A DNA stretch of 64,000 bases, taken from Chloroflexota bacterium (GTDB lineage: Bacteria; Chloroflexota; Dehalococcoidia; Lucifugimonadales; UBA3495). Below the pieces are notes generated by a model. It was not told the DNA's origin, ran no database searches, and saw only the letters and a program-made list of their open reading frames with translations. The DNA lies in contig JAPPMU010000024.1 of assembly GCA_028873965.1 (NCBI GenBank), forward strand, positions 231,154 to 295,153. The letters are read 5' to 3'. The position numbers were made by a program, and so were the translations under genes. Position 1 is the stretch's first letter; every line of letters starts with the position of its first letter. Below are positions 1 to 7,194 of the stretch, piece after piece.

Positions 1-584
1 TCATCGCCGCGGGGGAGGTTGGCGTCGATGCCCAGGGCGGCTGCGCGGTCGCGGTCGCGCTTCATGGCGGTCACGACGGCGGGCCATATGGTGTATATGT
101 CGCGGTCCGAGAGGTCCTGTGGGTGAATCTCTCCGTTCAGGGCTTTCTCCAGCTCGGGTGTGAGCGGGATTGCCAGGGCAGTTGCCTCGCGGCGAATGGC
201 GTCTCTGGTTGATGCCTGTTGCTTTTGGGTGCGCTCGACCTCCTGCTCGGCGACCCAAACCTGGTAGATACCGCTTTCGTCGATGTATTGGTCGATGACC
301 CGGTTGACGGTGCGGGCGAAGACGTAGCGGATCCTGGGGACGGCCAACAGGATGACCGGGATGACCAGCCAGTGGTTGGGCTGTCCAGACGAGGGCAGGA
401 CGGCGAGAACGACCAAGAGGGCCAGCAGTTCGGGGAGCAGGCAGATGGTGGCGGCGGCGAGGGCCCGGAGAGTCGCCCGGTTGGTGACGCGGTCGCACCG
501 GTCACAGAAGTAGATCTTCCCCGGCGCGGGTGGCCGGATGTAGCACATAGAGCAGAGTTCCCTGCGGGTTGGCGGCCAGGGCAT
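1..584 (-). CDS. hypothetical zinc-ribbon membrane protein (partial; C-terminus beyond the window; ORF absent from supplied track)
   Basis: Own translation of the third minus frame. ATG at 584-582 gives MPWPPTRRELCSMCYIRPPAPGKIYFCDRCDR (CxxC...CxxC). Two hydrophobic helices follow (ICLLPELLALLVVLAVL, WLVIPVILLAV). The frame stays open to position 3 with no stop seen. Confidence 0.45.
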   Translation of the reverse strand, partial: MPWPPTRRELCSMCYIRPPAPGKIYFCDRCDRVTNRATLRALAAATICLLPELLALLVVLAVLPSSGQPNHWLVIPVILLAVPRIRYVFARTVNRVIDQYIDESGIYQVWVAEQEVERTQKQQASTRDAIRREATALAIPLTPELEKALNGEIHPQDLSDRDIYTIWPAVVTAMKRDRDRAAALGIDANLPRGD

Positions 585-1144
585 CGGGGGCGACCTTCGT
601 CAGTGGTTGGGCGGTGATGGGTTTACCAAGGCTTGCCGCGGCGGGGGCAGGGTTCACGGACCAGGGTGGACCACTGGTAGGCTGACCAACCAACCATGAC
701 GCGGCCGCGCTGGGTGCAGCGTCCGAAGGCGCAGGGTTTCTGGCCGTCGCCCTGTAGGTGGGTGAGAGGCTCGGACCGCAGCTCGGTGATGTACTCGTCG
801 GTGTAGCCGGCGTGCTGTATGGCGCGGGTCGCGGCGAGCAGGAGACGTAGTGCTTTGCTCGGAGACGGCATGGGGGATCACCAACTGCATGCCTGGTAGT
901 CTATGAGGGCGTCAGGGAGATAGGCAAGGGTCAGGTGTCATGAAAACGGGAAGCGCGCCCGCGAGTCCGGAGGACTTCTTTGACCCGCAAGCGGTCGCCA
1001 ATGTTCAACTGCAATGGGAAAGATCACTGGAGCCGCTGGCGCCGTGACTTTCCGCATTCGAAACCGTGTAGACGAGTTGCGACCTCAGATAGCTGCCCTG
1101 CTCTAAACGAGTGATATAGTCGTAACTCCATACTGGATGGAAAG

Positions 1145-1438
1145 TTGAAACAGGTCGTGGAGGCGTACTTCACCGACCCGCGGCTGATGCATGGCTCGGG
1201 CAGTGCCATCGATGAGCGTTTACTGTACGTGCTGCTGGCCAACCTGCTGAATGCGGTGGGCGGCGCGCTGAGGCCCAAGGTGTTCTGCGTGCAGGACTTG
1301 GCCAACCAGGGCGCCGGTCACCCCGACTTCGGCCTGTACACCATCCGGCAGGCGCAGAAGGGCAAGGTAAAGATGGTACAGAAGCCTGAGCTCGGGGCTA
1401 TCGAGGTGAGGCTTGTGGATGGCCGCGTTTGGCGGTAA
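1145..1438 (+). pseudogene. orphan N-terminal fragment resembling the N-terminus of large SAM-dependent DNA methyltransferase / type IIG R-M enzymes
   Basis: 97-aa ORF containing ERLLYVLLANLLNAVGGALRPKVFCVQDLANQGAGHPDFGLYT...ELGAIEVR. This pattern is recalled from that enzyme family. The ORF ends abruptly at the cas3 start region and no methylase domain follows. Confidence 0.3.
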
Positions 1439-1472
1439 GGGCGCAGAAACTCATTGCCTGAGGTTTCGTAAA

Positions 1473-4115
1473 GTGCACAGACCATACACGACCCGGTTCT
1501 GGGGCAAATCGGATCGCAGCGCACCGGAGCGCATCCATCTATTGGAGCACCACCTGGCGGACGTGGGGGCGTGCTTCGAGGCGCTGGTGCAGCAGCCATT
1601 GATCCGACGCCGGCTGGCCCACACCGCAGGTTGGAACGACATTGACGACATCACGGCGGCGCGGCTTTGCGTGTTCGCCGCGCTGCATGATGTCGGCAAG
1701 GTGAACATTGGGTTCCAGGCCCAGATTTGGCGACCGGATGAATGGTCAGCAGGTCAGCGGCCTCCGGGCCGGGCCGGTCACACTCTGGATTTGACGCCGG
1801 TGTTGAACGGGGACGACCGCGCAACCTCGTCGTGGTTCTACGACGCCCTGGGCTGGTGGTGGGACGCCACCGAAATGTGGGACGACTGCGGGGGCGAAAC
1901 GGTGTGCGGCCTGCTGGTGGCCACGCTGTCGCATCATGGCACGCCGCTGCAGTTGGACAGCGGGCGCGCCGAGCATCCGCAGCTGTGGCGGCGCTACGGC
2001 GAGCTGGACCCACAGGAGCAGGTGTACCGCATCGGTCGGCTGGTCCGGGAGTGGTTCCCGGAGGCGTTCAACGAAGGTGGTCGTCCGCTGCCGTCTGCGC
2101 CGCAGTTCCAGCATCATTTCCTGGGGCTGTGCAACCTGGCGGACTGGATCGGATCCAACGAGCTGTGGTTCGACTACGTTGGCGAACCCCGAGACGGTTA
2201 CATCGACGCCTCCCGAAGCATCGCGGGGCAGGCCGTCAAAAGGGTTGGGCTGGATATATCGGAACAGCGGACGACCGTGGCGCGCTCCCGGGTTCCCGAT
2301 CTGACGGGCCTGTTCCCGCACATCGCACAGCCCAACGCCATCCAGCGGGCGGCCCACGATGCACCCATCGGCGAGCGGTTGGTCATCATCGAATCGGAGA
2401 CCGGCTCGGGCAAGACGGAGGCCGCGCTGTGGCGTTTCGCAAAGCTGTACGAGGCCGGCCTGGTGGATGGCCTGTACTTCGCGCTACCCACCCGGGCAGC
2501 GGCCAAGCAGATCTTCGACCGGGTGAATGCTTTCGTCGGAAACATGTTCCCGCCCGAAGCTCGGCCGGAGCCCGTGCTGGCGGTGCCCGGCTACATCCGA
2601 TCCGGAGATGCCCAGGGGCAGCGGCTCCAGGACTATGAGGTGTGGTGGGATGATCATGCCGTCGACGGACGACGCTGGGTGGCCGAGAGCCCCAAGCGGT
2701 TCCTCGCCGCGCAGATTGCCGTGGGCACGGTGGACCAGGCGATGCTGGGGTCGCTGACGGTGAAGAACGCTCACATGCGGGCGTCGAGCCTGGCGCGCAA
2801 CCTGCTGGTGGTGGACGAGGTTCACGCCTCAGATGCCTACATGAGCGAGGTTCTGGCCGCCGTGCTGGACGCTCACCTGGGCGCCGGCGGTTACGCGCTG
2901 CTCATGTCGGCGACGCTGGGGGCGATCGCCAGGCATCGCTGGCTGGGGCGGCCCGCCGACGCCGTTCCGACGTTGGCCGACGCCATCGATGCCCCCTATC
3001 CTGCGGTAAGTACGGCGTCGGCCATGATCGACGCCGGTGAGAATGACCGGCGCAAGGATGTGAGCATCGGCGCGGAGCCGGAGATGCGAGACTTCAACGC
3101 GGTGGCGGCTCGGGCGCTGGAAGCGGCGCAGTCCGGCGCCAAGGTGCTGGTGGTGCGCAACACGGTGGACTACGCCATCCGCACGCTGGAGGCTTTGCTG
3201 GAGACGGCTGGGCCGGAGGACGCTGACCTGCTGTTCTCCGTGGATTGCATCCCCACGCTGCACCACGGGCGTTTCGCTGCCGTTGACCGTGAGCTGCTGG
3301 ACGCGGAGATCGAAAGAAGATTGGGGCGGGGACGGCCCGACGGCGGGCTGGTGGTGGTGGGCACTCAGACGCTGGAGCAGTCCCTGGACATCGACGCCGA
3401 CCTGCTCATCACCGACCTTTGCCCCGCCGACGTGCTGCTCCAGCGCATCGGGCGACTGCATCGCCATCGACAAAACGACGCCACGCGGCCCGGCGGCTTT
3501 GACCAAGCCCGGTGCGTCGTGTTGACGCCGGGAGACGATCTGTCGTCATTGCTGTCTGCCGGCCAGAACGCCAACGGTCTGGGTCCCCACGGCGGGGTGT
3601 ACCGCAACCTGCACGTCCTGGAGGCGACCCGCCGTCTGATTGTCGAACATCCCCGGTGGCGCATACCGGACATGAACCGCGAACTGGTGGAGCGCGCCAC
3701 GCATACGCAAGCCCTGGACGCCATCACTGCGGAACTGGGCGACGCCTGGAAGGACCATGCCATCAGCACCGAGGGCGGCCACATCGCCGACGTGCAGACG
3801 GCGCGAGGGCACACCATCCGGCGGGACCGGTCTTTCTTCACGGACAACCGCGAGGTCTGCTTTCCCAGCGACGAGGAGCGCATCCGCACCCGCCTGGGCG
3901 ACGACCGGGTGGATGTAACCTTCGACCCGCCGCCGGCCAGCCCTTTCGACCGGTCGCTCAGTATTGACCGCCTGGCGATGCCGGCGTGGTGGCTGCCGGG
4001 GGTTGAGCCCTCGGAGCCGGTGCAACCGACGCCATCCGACACCGACGAGTTCGAGTTCCGCGTGGGAGACCGCCGCTTCCGCTACGACCGGCTGGGCTTG
4101 CGGCGCTTGCAATAA
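1473..4115 (+). CDS. cas3: type I-E Cas3 HD nuclease/helicase
   Basis: ORF 1413..4115. It has an FWGKS N-terminal motif, HD motifs HHLADV and LHDVGK, Walker A ESETGSGKTEAAL and a DEVH box. GTG 1473 is preferred as start because GAGG lies 9 nt upstream; ATG 1419 is also possible. Confidence 0.95.
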   Translation: MHRPYTTRFWGKSDRSAPERIHLLEHHLADVGACFEALVQQPLIRRRLAHTAGWNDIDDITAARLCVFAALHDVGKVNIGFQAQIWRPDEWSAGQRPPGRAGHTLDLTPVLNGDDRATSSWFYDALGWWWDATEMWDDCGGETVCGLLVATLSHHGTPLQLDSGRAEHPQLWRRYGELDPQEQVYRIGRLVREWFPEAFNEGGRPLPSAPQFQHHFLGLCNLADWIGSNELWFDYVGEPRDGYIDASRSIAGQAVKRVGLDISEQRTTVARSRVPDLTGLFPHIAQPNAIQRAAHDAPIGERLVIIESETGSGKTEAALWRFAKLYEAGLVDGLYFALPTRAAAKQIFDRVNAFVGNMFPPEARPEPVLAVPGYIRSGDAQGQRLQDYEVWWDDHAVDGRRWVAESPKRFLAAQIAVGTVDQAMLGSLTVKNAHMRASSLARNLLVVDEVHASDAYMSEVLAAVLDAHLGAGGYALLMSATLGAIARHRWLGRPADAVPTLADAIDAPYPAVSTASAMIDAGENDRRKDVSIGAEPEMRDFNAVAARALEAAQSGAKVLVVRNTVDYAIRTLEALLETAGPEDADLLFSVDCIPTLHHGRFAAVDRELLDAEIERRLGRGRPDGGLVVVGTQTLEQSLDIDADLLITDLCPADVLLQRIGRLHRHRQNDATRPGGFDQARCVVLTPGDDLSSLLSAGQNANGLGPHGGVYRNLHVLEATRRLIVEHPRWRIPDMNRELVERATHTQALDAITAELGDAWKDHAISTEGGHIADVQTARGHTIRRDRSFFTDNREVCFPSDEERIRTRLGDDRVDVTFDPPPASPFDRSLSIDRLAMPAWWLPGVEPSEPVQPTPSDTDEFEFRVGDRRFRYDRLGLRRLQ

Positions 4116-4171
4116 ATGGCCCGATCGGATGGATCGCAAAGCATCGAGAGCGGAATGGGCGTCCGCTCCCG

Positions 4172-4260
4172 TTGCTATCCCCGCGCGTGCGGGGGAACTG
4201 ATGAATTGGCAGACCCCATCCGAACCTACCATGGTCTACCCCAGCGGTTGCTGGGAAACG
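4172..4260 (-). CRISPR. antisense mini-CRISPR: degenerate repeat (4260-4233), 33-nt spacer (4232-4200), repeat (4199-4172); candidate crRNA-like regulatory RNA (CreR/CreA-like)
   Basis: The minus strand reads CGTTTCCCAGCAACCGCTGGGGTAGACC, then ATGGTAGGTTCGGATGGGGTCTGCCAATTCATC, then AGTTCCCCCGCACGCGCGGGGATAGCAA. Identity to the array repeat is 21/28 and 24/28. The two stem changes in the first repeat are compensatory (C-G to A-T). Repeat spacing is exactly 61 nt, as in the main array. Confidence 0.75.
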
Positions 4261-4295
4261 TGCGATTGACTAGGAAGCCGTCACCATAATACCAT

Positions 4296-4316
4296 AACTG
4301 GTACGTCCGAATGGGG
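4296..4316 (+). promoter_or_regulatory. putative Cascade binding site: partial protospacer for the mini-CRISPR spacer with AA PAM, inside a divergent promoter region
   Basis: AA then CTGGTACGTCCGAATGGGG matches spacer positions 2-6, 8-9, 11-12 and 14-19, with nothing beyond. Nearby promoter-like boxes are plus-strand TTGACT 4266-4271 with TAATAC 4287-4292, and a minus-strand extended -10 TGGTATTAT (4294-4286). Confidence 0.5.
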
Positions 4317-4449
4317 GTGTTGGGGGAAAGGTTGAAATTTGCCGTGGTCCGTGTTACGGTCCTTAAAGCTTCACCGCCGGGAAGGCACCCCGGCAGTGAT
4401 CGAAACTCTCCGCAATCCAGTGGGGCACACTAAATTAAGGAAGATTTCA

Positions 4450-4617
4450 GTGAGAATCATATCAGCCCTTAACACGACTGCCAACCTCTGCGATTACTGT
4501 GACAGGCTCGCAACCGCCGATTGTGAGCTTTGCGGTTATCGGATTTGCGATTGGTGCAAACACCCGGGGACGTCCCGATCTGGAGACTGCTGGATCTGCT
4601 ATCCGTGGTGTCTGTGA
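4450..4617 (+). CDS. small Cys-rich ORF (four CxxC pairs, B-box/zinc-ribbon-like); coding status uncertain
   Basis: GTG 4450 is preceded by AAGGAA. Product is VRIISALNTTANLCDYCDRLATADCELCGYRICDWCKHPGTSRSGDCWICYPWCL. It lies in lower-GC DNA and is rich in codons that are rare for a high-GC genome (AGA, ATA, TCA, CTT). A longer version from TTG 4339 is in the track. Confidence 0.3.
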   Translation: MRIISALNTTANLCDYCDRLATADCELCGYRICDWCKHPGTSRSGDCWICYPWCL

Positions 4618-4750
4618 AGACAAGCGAACTTTTGATGCGAAATCTTGTGCGAAATTTCTTGACAAACCATCACATCGCCTCGTAGTCTCATACGAGCGAT
4701 TGTTCCGCTCGCATGATCGTCTATCAGGCGCGACCGACGAGGCTGACGAT

Positions 4751-6331
4751 ATGCTCAACATTCTAACCGAACCACTGATTGGCATGACCACGGCAGAAGG
4801 CACCCGACCCGTATCCCTGCCGGAGGTGTACGCAGTGCTGATGGCCGACGAGGTGGAGGCGTTTCCGGCGCTGCGTCCACACCAGCGCCACGCTTGGCAC
4901 GCTTCTCTGGTGCAGTTGGCAGCTATGGCAATGCACCGGGCTGGGGTCGCTGAGCCGCCGGCGGATGAGGTGGAATGGGCGGGGCTGATACGGGGGTTGA
5001 CGGCGGATTGGACGGATGATGAGCCGTGGCAGTTGGTGGTTGATGACATTACCAAGCCAGCGTTTATGCAGCCGCCGGCTCGCTCCGCCGACAAACTGGC
5101 GGAGTACAAAAGCCGGGTGGAAACTGCTGATGAGCTGGACATGCTCGTTACATCCAAGAACCACGATTTGAAAGCGACTGTCGGGGCCCAGTCTGGCGTA
5201 GATGACTGGATATACGCGCTGATTTCATTACAGACGATGGAGGGTTTCGGCGGGGCCGGCAACTACGGCATCTCCCGTATGAATGGTGGTTTGGGCAGCC
5301 GTCCAGCGTTTTCCATGGCCCCAACCGGCAGGGTCGGAGCTCACGTCAAGCGGGACATTCGAGCGTTGCTAGACAACTATCCGACAACCGGCGGCGGTCA
5401 TCGCCTGTTGTGGCTGCTGTCGTGGGACGGAACCGCAAGTGAAAGACTGCTACCGAACCAACTGGCACCGCACTACATAGAAGTTTGCCGGCGCGTCCGG
5501 CTGCGCTCCGATGCTGACGGCCGGTTGTACGCTGTCCGAACCAGCACCAAAGCGGCTCGTATTGAGGGTAAAGATCTCAAAGGCCGGACCGGTGATCCCT
5601 GGACGCCGCATAACCCGAACCGGGATGGGTTACCGCTGACTATATCGCGTGGCGGCTTCAACTACAAACGGGTAACGGAATACCTTTTTGACTGGCAAAA
5701 TCCCGACCTGCTGAAAGCTACGCCTGACGAACAACGCTCGAATGACCCTGATGAAACGATGCAGTTGGTAGCTCGCGCCATGGTGCGGGGTCAAGGCAAG
5801 ACTGAAGGCTACTACGAGCGCGTCATCCCCATTCGGAGCAAGAAAGCGTTGCGCGGAATGACGCGGCGCCCAGGCAGTGACAGCACGGAAGACTTGGGTA
5901 ACTTGGCCCAAGAACGCATTAAAGAAGTTGGCATCGTGCAAGGTATCTTGCGCCATGCCATCGCAACGTTCCTGGCGCGCGGTGAATCCAGAGAGACCAG
6001 CCCGGAGCAGCGGGCTTTGGCCAATCCATGGGCAAATCGTTTGGACGAAATCGTTGACGCCGATTTCTTTGATGCCTTGCAAGTTGAGTTTGAACACAAC
6101 GACCGCGCCGAGCGCGAGCGTGTCCGAAATGAGTGGCTGATGAACGGCAGGGATGGCGTCGTTGACCACGCTCGCAACATCCTGGATGAGGCGGTGGATT
6201 CTCTGCCTTGCCCAGCCGTTCACCGTTATCGAGCCCGCGAAAACGCGGAAGGGCTGTTTGAAGGACGAATACGCAGAAGCGGAGGGTTGCCGTTTCTGTT
6301 TGACAGAACGAATTTTGAGGTGACGAAATGA
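4751..6331 (+). CDS. cse1: type I-E Cascade large subunit Cse1/Cas8e
   Basis: Starts MLNILTEPLIGMTTAEGTRPVSLPEVYAVLMADEVEAFPALRPHQRHAWHASLVQL, a typical CasA N-terminus. Length is 526 aa. It occupies the position after cas3 and its stop overlaps the cse2 ATG. Confidence 0.93.
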   Translation: MLNILTEPLIGMTTAEGTRPVSLPEVYAVLMADEVEAFPALRPHQRHAWHASLVQLAAMAMHRAGVAEPPADEVEWAGLIRGLTADWTDDEPWQLVVDDITKPAFMQPPARSADKLAEYKSRVETADELDMLVTSKNHDLKATVGAQSGVDDWIYALISLQTMEGFGGAGNYGISRMNGGLGSRPAFSMAPTGRVGAHVKRDIRALLDNYPTTGGGHRLLWLLSWDGTASERLLPNQLAPHYIEVCRRVRLRSDADGRLYAVRTSTKAARIEGKDLKGRTGDPWTPHNPNRDGLPLTISRGGFNYKRVTEYLFDWQNPDLLKATPDEQRSNDPDETMQLVARAMVRGQGKTEGYYERVIPIRSKKALRGMTRRPGSDSTEDLGNLAQERIKEVGIVQGILRHAIATFLARGESRETSPEQRALANPWANRLDEIVDADFFDALQVEFEHNDRAERERVRNEWLMNGRDGVVDHARNILDEAVDSLPCPAVHRYRARENAEGLFEGRIRRSGGLPFLFDRTNFEVTK

Positions 6332-7194
6332 CTACCCCAACGCAGACTGACCCAGAATTGGCTAGGCGTAGCTATGACTATCTTCACCCACAGTACCGCG
6401 CCGCTCGCACAGAAGCTCTTGCCCGTTCGAAGGGACAGTGCCAGTTCTGTGGTGAACGACCCGCCGCTGAAGCCCACCACTGGGCGACGGACTATCCTTC
6501 TGAAGAGGAGATGACAGCTGATGATCTGACCGGCCTGTGCCTCTTCTGCCATACGATGGCAACAACCATTCGGAGATTTCGTGGCGACCCTTGGGAACTA
6601 TTGGAAAGGTTCAGAGAACAACAGAGGAAGTCGCCGAATGATTCCCAGCCTTACCAGTTTCAAGGCGGAGTCGCCGTGCCTATTGCGAGGGATATCGCAA
6701 TTCTTTCCACCCATAAGAGGGGAGATTTTGCCGGACTGCGCCGTATGGACCCGAACGAACCTGACACGGCAGCCTTCTGGCGGTTGATGGCCAGCGAAGG
6801 GTTGCTGGGCAACCCCGACGCAGAACGCAAGTGGGCGCTCATTATGTGCGGCATTGCCCTGATGACACGCACTGCCGCCGATGACAACCCTTTCAACCGT
6901 TCCGCTCACAACGGGAGTATGCCGGTGGGCCGGGCGCTCTACGAAAGCGGATACAGCGAAACACGCTTCAACCGCCTGCTCACCGCGCGGGACGATATGC
7001 TTCGCGTCCTGCTGACCCGGATGTTCCGGATGCTGGCCGCCGAGCAGGCGACCTTCGACTGGCGGGAGATGGCTGCGTTCATCCTGAACGATGGCTTCAA
7101 CGACGAACGCGCCGAAGAGGGCCGTCGCCGCCTGGCCCGAGCCTACTACCGGGCCGAGCGGCGCGGTTCCCAACAATCAGAAACCCAGCAATGA
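6328..7194 (+). CDS. cse2: Cse2/Cas11 small subunit with N-terminal HNH nuclease domain
   Basis: ATGA overlap with the cse1 stop. Residues 20-85 form an HNH motif: YRAARTEALARSKGQCQFCGERPAAEAHHW...DDLTGLCLFCH. Residues about 110-288 are Cse2-like (GLRRMDPNEPDTAAFWRLM..., ...RLLTARDDMLRVLLTRMFRML..., ARAYYRAE). At 288 aa it is longer than the roughly 160-200 aa usual for Cse2. Confidence 0.88.
   Translation: MTTPTQTDPELARRSYDYLHPQYRAARTEALARSKGQCQFCGERPAAEAHHWATDYPSEEEMTADDLTGLCLFCHTMATTIRRFRGDPWELLERFREQQRKSPNDSQPYQFQGGVAVPIARDIAILSTHKRGDFAGLRRMDPNEPDTAAFWRLMASEGLLGNPDAERKWALIMCGIALMTRTAADDNPFNRSAHNGSMPVGRALYESGYSETRFNRLLTARDDMLRVLLTRMFRMLAAEQATFDWREMAAFILNDGFNDERAEEGRRRLARAYYRAERRGSQQSETQQ

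Noticed and set aside
623-871. 82-aa minus-strand ORF upstream of the zinc-ribbon membrane gene.
   Set aside because: It is plausibly the first gene of the same operon, but it has no recognisable motif, and competing ORFs occupy other frames. Evidence is insufficient to list it as a feature.
1413-1472. Upstream extension of cas3 (TTG 1413 / ATG 1419).
   Set aside because: Cas3 proteins of this type begin close to the (Y/F)WGKS motif, and GTG 1473 has a GAGG upstream. The extension overlaps the methylase-like fragment. ATG 1419 cannot be excluded.
4172-4199. Solitary inverted repeat copy downstream of cas3, read as a simple cas3 terminator hairpin or array relic.
   Set aside because: No T-tract follows it on the plus strand. 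A second, compensatorily mutated repeat lies exactly 61 nt away, which makes a functional mini-array the better explanation.
4499-4750. N-terminal 84-aa extension of the cse1 ORF in the track (start at 4499).
   Set aside because: The extension overlaps the small Cys-rich ORF region, is low-GC and has no CasA similarity. The canonical Cse1 N-terminus (MLNILTEPLIG…) begins at ATG 4751.
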